DNA from: a virus
Lineage: Duplodnaviria > Caudoviricetes
DNA: 64,000 bases
Reading direction: 5' to 3' (one strand)
IMG/VR virus record: IMGVR_UViG_3300033066_001917
Location: 64,001 to 128,000 of that record
In this document: positions 38,638 to 49,831 of the stretch, in pieces
Numbering within the stretch: the first letter of the stretch is position 1
Layout of the letters: every line of letters starts with the position of its first letter
Made by a program: the position numbers and the translations under genes
Notes under the pieces: generated by a model
What the model was told of the DNA's origin: nothing
The model's database searches: none
The model's input: only the letters and a program-made list of their open reading frames with translations

Positions 38638-41600
38638 CGGGTAGACCTAATCGCAAGAGCTTTTTGTTTAAGCTGTTTGATCCTACCCTGTAATGCGGAA
38701 TCGAATCTCCTTATGGCTTCAAGGGTTCCCGTTACCCGGTGGGATCTTGTTGAAATCCAAGCGTCCCTTGTTGCTCTCAATTTGTCCGTCTGGTCTAGAG
38801 ATATCGTGATCCGGTTAGGTAGGACTGGTTTTCCAACCCCATTTTCAAAATCAGCGTAGGGGTCCGTGGAACCATATGGCGGGTGCTCGTGGTCAAGGCT
38901 GATGTCACCCAGCCAGAACCTACGATCTAGAATCGAAAGGCACAAGGCGTTATTGGAGAATGGAGTTACAAGGGTTCGTCCGAATACAGATGCAATCAAT
39001 CCGTTGGACATGATCCCCCATCCCGTATCAAAGTCCGGCAAATAACCCAATTTGGAGATATGTTCTTCAGACTGGAAAACTCTGTATCCACCACCGTGAT
39101 TAATTTCCGAAATGTTTCTCATGACATCAATCCAGGACAGGGTTCTTTCCCTGGTCGAGAATATGAGGTTGATCGTCTCATCCGACAGCTTTGTGGATGG
39201 CCGCAAGATTCTGTAGGAGAACGGGGCAACCGACAACCATGTACCCATGTAACTGTTAAAAGCATCGGGGAAAGCAGTCGGACGAAGGTCCATCTGACCC
39301 TCCAACCCGTTTCCGGAACCCGATAGATTAGATCCATGAACCGTCGGGTAGATGGCATAGGCAGCATTGGATGGTCCGAATACAATATCCGGGTTGCCGC
39401 GGTCTCCAGCAAGATTGTTCTCCTCCGCCGTTACCGTTAGAACACCGTTGGACTTAGCCGCCACCCTATAAAATCCTCTATTATCATCGCATTTTCGCGG
39501 TGTACCCGGGGTGTAATCAGCCCCTCGCGATGACACCCCAAGGTCTCCGGTTGGGGGCTGACCTTGCTCCGGTATTGGGGCCGTTCCTGTAGGACCAGCC
39601 AAGGATCCTGCAGGATCAACCACAACCAAGTCTCCCATTTCAACGTTGGTGTAGGTAACGGTCGGATCCGTATCCGTCAGCTTGTTGACCGATTGGTCAT
39701 ATGCGGTTTGAGGATCAGCATTAGGGACATAGGTGACTTTCCCTCCCTGTTGAGTGGTGTAATTGCATCGTCGGTCTAGAATCACCCGATCTGTGGCAAG
39801 GTCCGCAAGTTCGGCGACCGATTGCTCGTGGGGGACAGGAGGAGTCCTTAATATAACTTCGAATCTGGTGCCAGGAGCAATGGTTTCTTCACATGCAACC
39901 AGTGTAAGAATTTGGTTTTGGACTCCGACGATTTCGGATGTTGTTAGGGTAGTCCCGGATGGGCTAATGAATCTGATTGAGTCCCCCGGGTTGATATTCA
40001 CCCTCTTATCCGTAAAATCCCCCAATTGGGTAGCCTTGCCTCCTCCAATTGGAAATGGTAGCTGGTGGCCATCCACGGGCTCTGCCACCAACGTGCACAC
40101 TCCGTTCGTTGTTGTTACGGATGCTACGACCCCTCTTCTGATTTCATAAGCATAACGGAGGTCTCCGAATGGTGACGTAAGGTCCTCATTTCTGGTGCCC
40201 CATCTTCTTGGCCTTCTTACTTCGGCTTGAGCTATCTCCAAAAAGCTTTGGAGCGGTGGGATAATGCTCGAATCAAAGTATGTTGAAACCGATCTGGCTC
40301 CTACGGCATTGGCCGCTAGGGAGTGGGTGGCATCCACGACATTAACATTCACTGACCCAAGATTGTTACCCACCCTTGGGAACGAAGGCTCCACATAGAT
40401 ACCAGCAGCAGCACTATAATTCGCCACCCATCTGTCCCCTGGAAGAAAGCAACGGGCCCCTGCGGGAATAAAAGCACCTACGGTATGGATGTCATCCCAG
40501 TTGAAACCGGAGAAATCAATGACTCCAGGTATGTGATCGTATACCGGGTCATCTTCCGCTGTGAGTGTAGTGCTGGGTACCTTTACTTTTTCGTAGATGG
40601 ATAGTACCGTTGCTGTACCTTCAAGGTTGCCGTTGGTAGTGGCATCCAAAGTGACGTTAGATACCCCCCTGGATCCAACAACCGACCGAAACCCAAAGAA
40701 AGACCTATTTCCTGGCGCTGCTGTTGCGTTGGTGTATCCAGAATAGTTCTCTGGAATCCCTACGGCTTGCGGTGAAACCGGAGCTAAAGCCATACCACTC
40801 ACGGGCACTCCCACTTGGGCTGCGGCAATAAAAACACCTGAAGAAATAACGTTTCCCAAACCGTCCCGGAAGTCCGTTAGATTGGCAAATGTGGTGTCCC
40901 CCGCCCCCGAAATAGAGCCATATGCCGCACTGTAAATCGCCGTAGCATAAAGTGCGGAGTTGGTAGAGTCCAGGAGGTCCGGCCTCACAATTAGAAAAAC
41001 ACGACCTGTTGGTTTGAAGACTCTCGTGTAAGTAAGGGGAACGCCGCCAAAAGTTTTGACAAAGGGTACCTCCTGATTCGCTGATATGGTGAGGTTGTAG
41101 GGGGCTAGTGTTGTGATTGAAACAACACTAGGGAACTCTATACCTAACCAGTTATTGTCTCCCGTGTTGGCGGAGAGAGTGGCTCTTCTCTCATCTGTCC
41201 CATGTGTCGCTTTGATAACGTTACGAATGCAGTATGTCCCGGCCTTACCCGAAGCCGTAGGTATTGCACTTGCCCCATCCGTAAGGGAGCGAATTACCAG
41301 AAGATCCCCGGGAAGGACGTTTGATACATCTCCAGATAGGGTCGCTTGTGGGGTGAACCTATTTAGCCTGGGTGATAGGGTGGGTGGATTGAAGGCTTCA
41401 TCGCACACAACTTCACCATTGAAAATTGGATCCGTTGCAGTCTGCCGGGCCGTTGGCAGTGCCTTGAAAGTTATGTTAGATGCTTCAATTGGGATATTTT
41501 CATACCCCTCCCAAGCCATGACTTTTAGCGATCCAGTGCCTCCGAAGAACCTCCCAACGCCGTAAACGGAAGGGATTACAGAGCTTCTTGCTTTGAATGT

Positions 41601-44600
41601 GAATGGAACACCACCGTTTGTATTGGTATTTGAGTTGACAGTTATATCCCCTGTAACATATGAGGATGTAAGGGGATCCCAGAAAGAAGCTGTGTTTGAT
41701 GTGATGTTTAGCTGACACTCTACTGGGTCCAGACCAGAAGTAAGAGCACCACGGGGCTGGGCCGTTTTCACATCAATGGGTAGGGTTACGGTTAGCCTAT
41801 CCGCGGCAATGGTGCATGTCCTAGACCCAACACCACCAACAGACAAGGCAGAATCATGGTAGCCTCCGGTTCGTGTGATTCCAGGGGAGGGGTTTGTTGG
41901 GTTGAATGGGGTGAAGTCGAAGAAAGGATTTGCCGTTCTCACCTCAATCACTTGAGGGTGGAACCTTAAACCCCCGGCATTCACGGCTTGTTGGCTAGCT
42001 CCGTTATCCCCGGATACCGTGAAGGATGAAGCCAGGATGTTTGCCCCTGTTCCGGAGTTTGTGAGAACAACTGTTGTGTTTACTTGAAAGTGGCCGTCAG
42101 TGCGGACAAGTTTGATGGACAATCTTGTCCCAACATCACATTGAGAAAGAAAATCATTATATCCACCAACTGGGATGGGTAGGGAACCACCCCCAGTCCC
42201 ATTATCAAGGACAAAATCAGCCGGTGGTGTGGACTCAAAATCAAACGTCGTGATGACGATTCCAACCGTGGTGGTATCTTCGGTCACAACGACACCACTG
42301 ACTCCGCCCCCAAACCACGTTTGAAGATTATCTATTGTCAAATCTACAGCCGATGCCAATAAGGTAGGGGCTACAAATCTTGGGGGCTCTATGACGGAAG
42401 GTGTTCCGTGGGTCACCAACCCAACAGTCATGATTCCCGACGAGCCGGGGGGGGTGGTTACCTCGGGCTGTACCAGAACTACATCATAGGGCCGCAGGGA
42501 ACCCACCCCCCTGTGCCCGGGGGACGGATAAACAGTTGCTGATGGTTGTAGATCCGTGTCGGTCAAAAGGGCGCTTGGGTATGCCGTGTCATAAGGATCA
42601 ATCGCCCCGTCATTGTCGCCTATTTCATCCGGGTAGAGGGCTTCGACAATGTAAGTGTCTACACGTGCAGGGGTCGCTGGTGGTGGGGTTACCGAATCGC
42701 CATACAAGATAGCATCCCCTGGACCAGCAAGGCTTCCCAGCATCTCAATTTCCGATGGTGTCAGAGACGTGTAGGGGAGCCTGTAATCCCCGTTGTCTTT
42801 TTTGGACTCACCCCTCAAGGCCGGTATGTTCAAAGGCTCTACCTGACCGTTTTGGAAGGCAACAACACCCTCTACCGTTCCCATTGGTGGAGGTGGCTTC
42901 TGTCCCGTTATTTCTTTGAGTCCGAATAGGGTTGGGTCACCGAACGACGGGAGGGTTATGTCCAGAATGTCTCCTGTTTTGGGCGAGTACCCAACGTCTG
43001 TGCCTATCCTGTACCCCGGTAGGGCGGTAAGCAAAGTTGCGAGTTCGGAAGCCGTGGGTGGGTCCGAAAGTGTGGGAGATGAAGCACTGTTGGGTATGAC
43101 TAATAAAGTATCCCCCCGTACCGGATCATAGGGAATTCCCGTAGTTTCACCCGTCATAACAACGAGGGTGGATGGATCCGTGATGGGTACGTCGGCCCCC
43201 CCAATGGTCTTTCCCTTGAAAGTAACGGCTGTCCCCTTATATATAGAGTTTACATAAACCCCACCATATCGGCTTGTCCCATCCACATCTAATGTGGTTC
43301 CGGTGTAAGCCAAAGCCCGAATCGATCCATCTGGAAGACCTATGGCTAAAGCATCCCCAGGACGAAAAGGCGGAGTGTGGAGATCAACGCATCCGGTAGA
43401 GATATCATCAACCCCTGTAGGAGTTGGTCCCAAGCTTTGAGATGCAAGTCGCGAAGTATCCGGCAATCCACCGAGGACAGGAAATTCCGCGAAGGGTACT
43501 TGGGCCAAAAGTACGGTCGGGATACCGGAAGTAGCGGCTTCAAGCGAGGCAAATCCTGTTGGGCTATAGTCCCACACCCTGGCCCTGGCGGATCTGTCCT
43601 TAAGGGACAATCCCAGGACGTTCCCCACCACACCAAGAGTTGGGTTTTCCAGTTTCCCGATAGGTTGTCCCGTGGTGGATTGGAGGTCTACGGATAGACT
43701 TGGGGCGAACAGGTTGAGGGTCAGTTTCCCAGCACTATATACCCCATAATTCCCACCCTCGGCACCGATACCTGGACCTAAAGTCGTGAAAACATTGGTC
43801 CGTTCCGGGAAAATCCTAGAGAAAGGTGATGGTGTCGCCAGAGGTAGGAAAGAGCCATATCCTTTGATCCGATATGTGATGAAACCACTCAAAGATCGGC
43901 TTATCCGCTCTCTTGCTACAAGAGCCACGTCATCCAGGTCATTCTGAATTTTCCCACTCTGGAGACCCATGATGGAGGCAAAAGAAGAAGGGTCCTGGAA
44001 TGACCCGTCAGGTCTTCCTTTTCCATCTACGGATGCACCAATAGGACTGATGATGGGGTCCTCTGGGGTCAGCCGAATAGTTGCTTCTCCCGCGCGGAGT
44101 CCGGACCACACTTCTACCCACAGGTTTCTTGGGTTGATAGCTCCTGTCAGTGGATCCTCGTGGCCCGGTGGGACCCACCGATTACCCGGACCTACGCGGA
44201 ATCGGAACTTACCATCCGAGTCCCCAATGGGGTTGCCATCAACAACCTCAAGTATTTGCTCAAAAGATGTGCAGATACCATTGTAGAAAGCCAAAAATGC
44301 TCTGGCAACCCTATCCCTATTGACAAGCACTACCCTTTCTGAGTTCAAGGATTGATTCCCGTGGTCATCTCCGGAGGGTGGGATTGGATCCCATGATATG
44401 ACACTGGATACGGCTGTCTCCACGTAGTCCGCAAAGGGTAAAATCCGAGCATAAAAGCTATCCGGAGAATCATAGCTATATGTCCCCAAGAGGTTCCTTC
44501 CGGGATACGTAGGGAGGGTTATAGCCCCAAACGAAGCTGCAACTCTGGGATTTAGGGTCTGTCCCTCGAATACTTTTGGTTTAAGGGTTCTCCTATCCGT

Positions 44601-47600
44601 TCGGAACAGTCGGATGGTTTGATTCAGGTTTAATCCGGTGATCAGAGTCAGATTTCCCGTGTCCGGGTCTAAATTGAAGTCCCTACCCTCCAAGAGGGTT
44701 TCCCCGGGTAGTGATCCTTCCCACCTAACGGCAATATAGTTTTCCGTGGCAACAAGAGAACTGGATCCAAGAATAGTTTTTGCCCCATCCGGGTAAATTG
44801 GCCTCGTGGAAATCCTCAGACTAGATGCTGCCATTCCGGACGACCAAGAACCAGAGCGAATCACGGATGAAGCCAGGGTGATAGTGGTGGTTCTCCCATC
44901 CGCAGCGAGAGATGCCCCAGAGATTACATAGGGCACCCCAAAAGCCTCTAAGATATGACCCGCGATTGCATACCTCGTGAAATCTCCGGAGAGAACAACA
45001 CTGGTAGTACCGACCAGAAGAGGCTCGAATTGTGGGACTGATGTGACCCCATAGGCCATTGGGAATGTTGCCAGGAATCCAGAATCCACGTTAGGGATGG
45101 ACACACCATCCACTGAAGGGGTGATGGCCCGATCCGTCACGAAGCATATTTGGTCCTCACCGGGGGCGAGGGATCCCGCACCGTTAGGGGGCGGAGGAAA
45201 AATAGTTACAACGGTGTTGGCACCATTTAGGGTGACCGTTTTGAGGTAGGTTGCAAATCCCCCAAGCCGAATCATTCTCCCGGGTGCCATTTCAGCCCTT
45301 CGATCCCCGGAGAAGGTCAAAATGCTTTGATTTCTTCCGATGGAGAAAGGAGGTCGCCACACTGGTGGTTGTGAAACCGTGTAAGTTGTTTCCCCACCAA
45401 TGGTTTCCAGAACGGCATAACTTATCGTCACCACCGTGCCTTCGGCTATGGGGTCCTGGAAACTAATAGTAGATGCCTCGAAGTTCACGGATGACGCCGA
45501 GGGGACGCCGTATGATGTCATCCTCGCCCCAGCATACACTCGGGGTTCGACTGAAACATCCAACTCTCTACCCATGGGGTTGAAGCTATATACTTGCTCC
45601 GACACCCGTGTAGCCACTTCCCGACGAATGAAAGAAGGGAGGACTTCCGTTACAATCGCGGGTTGGCCATTTACAACAATTTTTTCCCCTGTCGAATCTT
45701 TGGCTTTTGTGTAGGTGGCTTCTACAAGTCTTCCGGCGGGTACAGGTTGACGGAAAGTAAATGAACCAAGGATGGGGTTGATTGAGCCATCCAACCCAGG
45801 AACCATTCGAGTTGCGAGGTAGATTTTACTCCCCGTCCTAGTTGCTGTAGCTGCTAACGAAATAGCTACTTCTCCCGTAGTGGGGATTATCTCACCTCTG
45901 CCATCAGGGATCAAAGCTGGGGGTAGGATCCCCTCCACATAGAACACCTCCGACCCCTCGTAATCTCGAAGAACGGCGGCACCAAATTTTAGGTTTCCAG
46001 CACCTGAACCACTCTGGATATACTCCACAGTGGAACCCGGATCCGGGGAGAAAGTAGAAACAGGAATGAGGTCTACCCCATGAGTGTAGGTTTTTGATCC
46101 TACTCGAACGGAGAAAGAAGCCGATGCCAGTCTATCCCCCGTAGGTACGGACAGGGAATCATTTGCTATAGGACCCAAATTTCTTTGGATCAACTTAGTC
46201 AAAGTCACCCACAAAGGAGGGGTTGATGCGATTTTTGCTCTAACTTCGGCGCCGTCCTGAAGAGTTCCCACGGGTTGAAGTGACCCACCGGCCAAACCAA
46301 TCTGTTGAAGAACCTCAATCGAAAATGGATCCTCTTGCAGATGATTGAATTCCCTGTACGTTACATCAGCCAGGATTGATGGATCGATCTCGCCTGGGGA
46401 TACTCCTTCTCTGAGTTCCCAACTTTTGTATGACCCACCGTTGCTTTCTGTGAATGATGGGGTCACCGAAAGGGTGTGTGAGCCAACACCTATTACGGTT
46501 CGATAGGCTCCACCAATACCCAGGAGGTCCCCCACTTCGGCAACGCCAACGAAAGTTGCGCTCTCATCCGTAAAAGTAGGGCCTACACCATATTCTCCTC
46601 TCCCCCCGCTCAAAATGAGACCCCCAACTCTATCAATCAGGGTTGCGGATCCGCCGGACAATAGATAATCGGTTCCTTGATTGAGGTGAACATAAGCACC
46701 ACCCCCTTCGGCCACTTTTAGGTATCCCCCAACAGCGTCATAAAGGGTGTCCCCGATCAAACCGGCGTTCTCGAAGTCAATAGCGTTGATGGTGGTTGTT
46801 ACATTGCCTCCAAAAGAAGCGCGGGCAATCCAACCAACGCGCTTTGTCGGGAATAGATAGGTAGCATTGTCAAATTGACGAAGATAGGACCCCCCGGAAA
46901 CTCTAAAATACACCCCAAAATCGTAACCCGGCAAATCTTCCCTTGGTACCTGATTCAGGAAAACATACGGAGATTGTTGGATGGGTCCTAGATTTTCATC
47001 CCTTAGAGTTGAGATGATTTGAGTGTCCGGAGTTTCTTCCGCACAATGAAGGCCAAATGTGGGCCCGCCTTCTGGACACCAATTACTGTCGTTTGAGTCA
47101 TAAGTGCCCTCCGTCACCGCATAGGACCCAGGGATGAACCCCAACGCTTCACATCCGGAAAGAGCAATTTGCCCCCCCGTGCCGAACCCTATAGATGCAC
47201 GGGTAATACCTTGAATTACGAGTTTGTTGTCTACAACAGAACAAGACCCAGGTGCACTGGCAATGGCGATGTTAAGAGACAGAGCTACGGCGTCAGCCGT
47301 GTGTGTCCCACCACCGAGAACTACGGCAGACCAGTTAACCGTAGTGCTCCCCAGGAGAAATGTGAGCGTTTCAGTTCCCAGTAATGTGTAGGGTCCCGTT
47401 TTACAACTAACTATTTCGATTCCCTCGGGATAGGTGGAGGGGACAAAGTCAGCTTGTGTGAAATATACAAGGTTCCCTTTGAGGGCATTCCCTACATCGG
47501 ATCCAAATACCACCTTACTCCCTAAGGATCCGTGTTTCTCAAGGGATACATACACAGTCCCCTCCGGCATACCATATGTTTCAGATGGTAGGTCTTCCTC

Positions 47601-49226
47601 AAACCCAACACCAATCAAATTGGTAAATCTCCCACCTTTTCCGAAAAGAATTGTGTCTCCGGTACCCGCGGTGAGTTTCCGCACAAGACCCGACCCGTTC
47701 GGACGGGACGTGGGTTGAGTTGAGGTATTAGGTACCACTCCTGTCCCGTCCGGAACCACTACAATGCCCGAAACACCTGTTCCTGGAAGTAATGTGGCAT
47801 CCGGTATATAGAGGTTGACGCCATCCTCATAGACCACCGGAGTACCACCATCACCCACCAATGCTACGGGAGCTATGGTTGGTTGTGGGTGACGGTTGAG
47901 TGTCACCCCATCGTAAAATACCTTTGCACCTAAATACAGGGGGTCAAAGTAAGGGTTTGGTGTGTTATGTGTGCCGGGGTTGGAACGGCTCAAATCCTGG
48001 GCATTGAATTTCAATTTCCCCGTCGTTCGAGCTACACCTACGGATCCAGATGGCACGCTAAGAGCTGCAAGGCTAGTCTCATTGAGAACTAGAATAACCC
48101 TCAGGTAAGCTCTCTGTCCAACCTTGATGAGCGGATACTCCCCATACTGTGGTATTGGGGACAGAAACAAATCTGTGTTAGTGTAGGGGCCTACTTCTCC
48201 AGTAACCCCGTAGAAACTGTCTTGAGATGACCATATAGTCATCCCCTCATAAGAGGACACAAATCCTGGGTTCCATACCAGAGATCCACCCACACCAACC
48301 ACGCCCGCCAGAGGTGGTGTGGTTGTGTTGAAATTATAGTCAGAGTTTGCTTCCTCATCACTAACCACTAAGATCCCGGAGTAGGGTCCAGTAGTGCGAA
48401 AAACTACTGGATAGCTGGTTTCATTTGGAGACGAACCCAGTCGGATTAATGCGGACCCAGATGGTGTTCCGGGGAGATAACCCCCAATTGGTGTATTGGG
48501 AGCCTGGATAATGTAGGCCGATGATGGCTTCATGAGCCCAACATTTATTGGCCCACCACCTTTGAGCGGTTCCCATCGTTGGCTGGATCCATTCCAGGAG
48601 AATCTCTTACGTGTGTCGTTCCTAGACCACCAGAATTTTGACCGCTGGGCGTAGTATCTAACACTTACCGTGTCTCCGCGGAGCGAGGATATTGCTACGG
48701 GGGATCCAACGGGTACATATACCGCTGAACGCACTGTGGGCGTGTCTTGCAGTGTGAGTTTTCTTGTGGGTCCGTCCGCAATAACATCCACACCCACGGC
48801 TAAAGTAACATCTGTGGTCGTACCCCCCCTTCGAAAAACCACGCTAGTGAAAGCGCCAATGGTTTCATCTCCGAGAATGGTGACAACGTTAGATCCATCG
48901 GTTCTGGTGCCCGTGTTGCTGGTAGGGTCCAGAACGGTCATCCCCCTGTTCGGAATATCCGACATCCCATCTTTGGCCCACGACCCATCCTCAATCGTGG
49001 TTAGGGACCCAGAGTTTGCAGCCCATACCAAATATCCGCCTGTGCCAGTAAGTGATGTCCGGACTCGATATCTCTCGGCCGCAACCTCAATTAGTATGGG
49101 TTGCCCTGAAGGGTAGCCCGAGGGGGCCCCCCCAACATACTTTGGGACATTAGCATCCGCAGTCATGCCAGAGGGATTGGAAGGGGAAGATTTGGCCCCG
49201 TCCAGGACGAACCCGTCAAAACTCAT
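38634..49226 (-). CDS. giant virion structural protein (3530 aa)
   Basis: Uninterrupted 10.6-kb ORF, Gly/Ser/Thr/Val-rich and beta-rich; AAGGTG SD. Confidence 0.75.
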   Translation of the reverse strand: MSFDGFVLDGAKSSPSNPSGMTADANVPKYVGGAPSGYPSGQPILIEVAAERYRVRTSLTGTGGYLVWAANSGSLTTIEDGSWAKDGMSDIPNRGMTVLDPTSNTGTRTDGSNVVTILGDETIGAFTSVVFRRGGTTTDVTLAVGVDVIADGPTRKLTLQDTPTVRSAVYVPVGSPVAISSLRGDTVSVRYYAQRSKFWWSRNDTRKRFSWNGSSQRWEPLKGGGPINVGLMKPSSAYIIQAPNTPIGGYLPGTPSGSALIRLGSSPNETSYPVVFRTTGPYSGILVVSDEEANSDYNFNTTTPPLAGVVGVGGSLVWNPGFVSSYEGMTIWSSQDSFYGVTGEVGPYTNTDLFLSPIPQYGEYPLIKVGQRAYLRVILVLNETSLAALSVPSGSVGVARTTGKLKFNAQDLSRSNPGTHNTPNPYFDPLYLGAKVFYDGVTLNRHPQPTIAPVALVGDGGTPVVYEDGVNLYIPDATLLPGTGVSGIVVVPDGTGVVPNTSTQPTSRPNGSGLVRKLTAGTGDTILFGKGGRFTNLIGVGFEEDLPSETYGMPEGTVYVSLEKHGSLGSKVVFGSDVGNALKGNLVYFTQADFVPSTYPEGIEIVSCKTGPYTLLGTETLTFLLGSTTVNWSAVVLGGGTHTADAVALSLNIAIASAPGSCSVVDNKLVIQGITRASIGFGTGGQIALSGCEALGFIPGSYAVTEGTYDSNDSNWCPEGGPTFGLHCAEETPDTQIISTLRDENLGPIQQSPYVFLNQVPREDLPGYDFGVYFRVSGGSYLRQFDNATYLFPTKRVGWIARASFGGNVTTTINAIDFENAGLIGDTLYDAVGGYLKVAEGGGAYVHLNQGTDYLLSGGSATLIDRVGGLILSGGRGEYGVGPTFTDESATFVGVAEVGDLLGIGGAYRTVIGVGSHTLSVTPSFTESNGGSYKSWELREGVSPGEIDPSILADVTYREFNHLQEDPFSIEVLQQIGLAGGSLQPVGTLQDGAEVRAKIASTPPLWVTLTKLIQRNLGPIANDSLSVPTGDRLASASFSVRVGSKTYTHGVDLIPVSTFSPDPGSTVEYIQSGSGAGNLKFGAAVLRDYEGSEVFYVEGILPPALIPDGRGEIIPTTGEVAISLAATATRTGSKIYLATRMVPGLDGSINPILGSFTFRQPVPAGRLVEATYTKAKDSTGEKIVVNGQPAIVTEVLPSFIRREVATRVSEQVYSFNPMGRELDVSVEPRVYAGARMTSYGVPSASSVNFEASTISFQDPIAEGTVVTISYAVLETIGGETTYTVSQPPVWRPPFSIGRNQSILTFSGDRRAEMAPGRMIRLGGFATYLKTVTLNGANTVVTIFPPPPNGAGSLAPGEDQICFVTDRAITPSVDGVSIPNVDSGFLATFPMAYGVTSVPQFEPLLVGTTSVVLSGDFTRYAIAGHILEAFGVPYVISGASLAADGRTTTITLASSVIRSGSWSSGMAASSLRISTRPIYPDGAKTILGSSSLVATENYIAVRWEGSLPGETLLEGRDFNLDPDTGNLTLITGLNLNQTIRLFRTDRRTLKPKVFEGQTLNPRVAASFGAITLPTYPGRNLLGTYSYDSPDSFYARILPFADYVETAVSSVISWDPIPPSGDDHGNQSLNSERVVLVNRDRVARAFLAFYNGICTSFEQILEVVDGNPIGDSDGKFRFRVGPGNRWVPPGHEDPLTGAINPRNLWVEVWSGLRAGEATIRLTPEDPIISPIGASVDGKGRPDGSFQDPSSFASIMGLQSGKIQNDLDDVALVARERISRSLSGFITYRIKGYGSFLPLATPSPFSRIFPERTNVFTTLGPGIGAEGGNYGVYSAGKLTLNLFAPSLSVDLQSTTGQPIGKLENPTLGVVGNVLGLSLKDRSARARVWDYSPTGFASLEAATSGIPTVLLAQVPFAEFPVLGGLPDTSRLASQSLGPTPTGVDDISTGCVDLHTPPFRPGDALAIGLPDGSIRALAYTGTTLDVDGTSRYGGVYVNSIYKGTAVTFKGKTIGGADVPITDPSTLVVMTGETTGIPYDPVRGDTLLVIPNSASSPTLSDPPTASELATLLTALPGYRIGTDVGYSPKTGDILDITLPSFGDPTLFGLKEITGQKPPPPMGTVEGVVAFQNGQVEPLNIPALRGESKKDNGDYRLPYTSLTPSEIEMLGSLAGPGDAILYGDSVTPPPATPARVDTYIVEALYPDEIGDNDGAIDPYDTAYPSALLTDTDLQPSATVYPSPGHRGVGSLRPYDVVLVQPEVTTPPGSSGIMTVGLVTHGTPSVIEPPRFVAPTLLASAVDLTIDNLQTWFGGGVSGVVVTEDTTTVGIVITTFDFESTPPADFVLDNGTGGGSLPIPVGGYNDFLSQCDVGTRLSIKLVRTDGHFQVNTTVVLTNSGTGANILASSFTVSGDNGASQQAVNAGGLRFHPQVIEVRTANPFFDFTPFNPTNPSPGITRTGGYHDSALSVGGVGSRTCTIAADRLTVTLPIDVKTAQPRGALTSGLDPVECQLNITSNTASFWDPLTSSYVTGDITVNSNTNTNGGVPFTFKARSSVIPSVYGVGRFFGGTGSLKVMAWEGYENIPIEASNITFKALPTARQTATDPIFNGEVVCDEAFNPPTLSPRLNRFTPQATLSGDVSNVLPGDLLVIRSLTDGASAIPTASGKAGTYCIRNVIKATHGTDERRATLSANTGDNNWLGIEFPSVVSITTLAPYNLTISANQEVPFVKTFGGVPLTYTRVFKPTGRVFLIVRPDLLDSTNSALYATAIYSAAYGSISGAGDTTFANLTDFRDGLGNVISSGVFIAAAQVGVPVSGMALAPVSPQAVGIPENYSGYTNATAAPGNRSFFGFRSVVGSRGVSNVTLDATTNGNLEGTATVLSIYEKVKVPSTTLTAEDDPVYDHIPGVIDFSGFNWDDIHTVGAFIPAGARCFLPGDRWVANYSAAAGIYVEPSFPRVGNNLGSVNVNVVDATHSLAANAVGARSVSTYFDSSIIPPLQSFLEIAQAEVRRPRRWGTRNEDLTSPFGDLRYAYEIRRGVVASVTTTNGVCTLVAEPVDGHQLPFPIGGGKATQLGDFTDKRVNINPGDSIRFISPSGTTLTTSEIVGVQNQILTLVACEETIAPGTRFEVILRTPPVPHEQSVAELADLATDRVILDRRCNYTTQQGGKVTYVPNADPQTAYDQSVNKLTDTDPTVTYTNVEMGDLVVVDPAGSLAGPTGTAPIPEQGQPPTGDLGVSSRGADYTPGTPRKCDDNRGFYRVAAKSNGVLTVTAEENNLAGDRGNPDIVFGPSNAAYAIYPTVHGSNLSGSGNGLEGQMDLRPTAFPDAFNSYMGTWLSVAPFSYRILRPSTKLSDETINLIFSTRERTLSWIDVMRNISEINHGGGYRVFQSEEHISKLGYLPDFDTGWGIMSNGLIASVFGRTLVTPFSNNALCLSILDRRFWLGDISLDHEHPPYGSTDPYADFENGVGKPVLPNRITISLDQTDKLRATRDAWISTRSHRVTGTLEAIRRFDSALQGRIKQLKQKALAIRSTR

Positions 49227-49234
49227 ATGTCACC

Positions 49235-49828
49235 TTATGCAATTGAGGATACCGAGGTCCCAACACCAGGGGTTGGTCCCACGGGGCCACTCGGAGATAC
49301 AATACCACTACCAGGAATGGTTACTCCAGTGCGGAGAATCGATGCAATACCATTAGCGAGAGATAGATAGAACCCGGGTACCATCGATCCACTGCCCCCT
49401 AAAGTAGAACACAACCCACGGTGAGTGGATTCCAAAAGTGACGCTAAAGTGGGGGTATTAACCGAGGATACCATGCTAATATCGGTCCCCGAAGATACGC
49501 CCGCCGATATCCCCCTGTATTGCGCACCGGACATGGCTTCACTCAAACCCAACGTGAGAGCCCTGGCAAATCGTTCGGACTGACTACCACCCACACCGCC
49601 CGCTCTTAAATTTTGTACCACATCCGGCACAGTGCCGAGGAAAATCATGTTTCCAGTGGTTGTTCCGGATCCTGTAGCTCCCGCAGTGATACCATTGAGC
49701 ACCACGCCGGACCCTATCCACGGCGGGAGTGCCAAACCAATCGCACTAGTGATTGTGTGAAATGAGGGGCCGCCTGGGAAATCAGCAGCTTGGTTAATCG
49801 ATCGGGTGATATTCGCCGGTATAAGCAC
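49235..49828 (-). CDS. Gly-rich probable virion protein
   Basis: 197 aa, directly upstream of the giant ORF. Confidence 0.65.
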   Translation of the reverse strand: MLIPANITRSINQAADFPGGPSFHTITSAIGLALPPWIGSGVVLNGITAGATGSGTTTGNMIFLGTVPDVVQNLRAGGVGGSQSERFARALTLGLSEAMSGAQYRGISAGVSSGTDISMVSSVNTPTLASLLESTHRGLCSTLGGSGSMVPGFYLSLANGIASILRTGVTIPGSGIVSPSGPVGPTPGVGTSVSSIA

Positions 49829-49831
49829 AAA

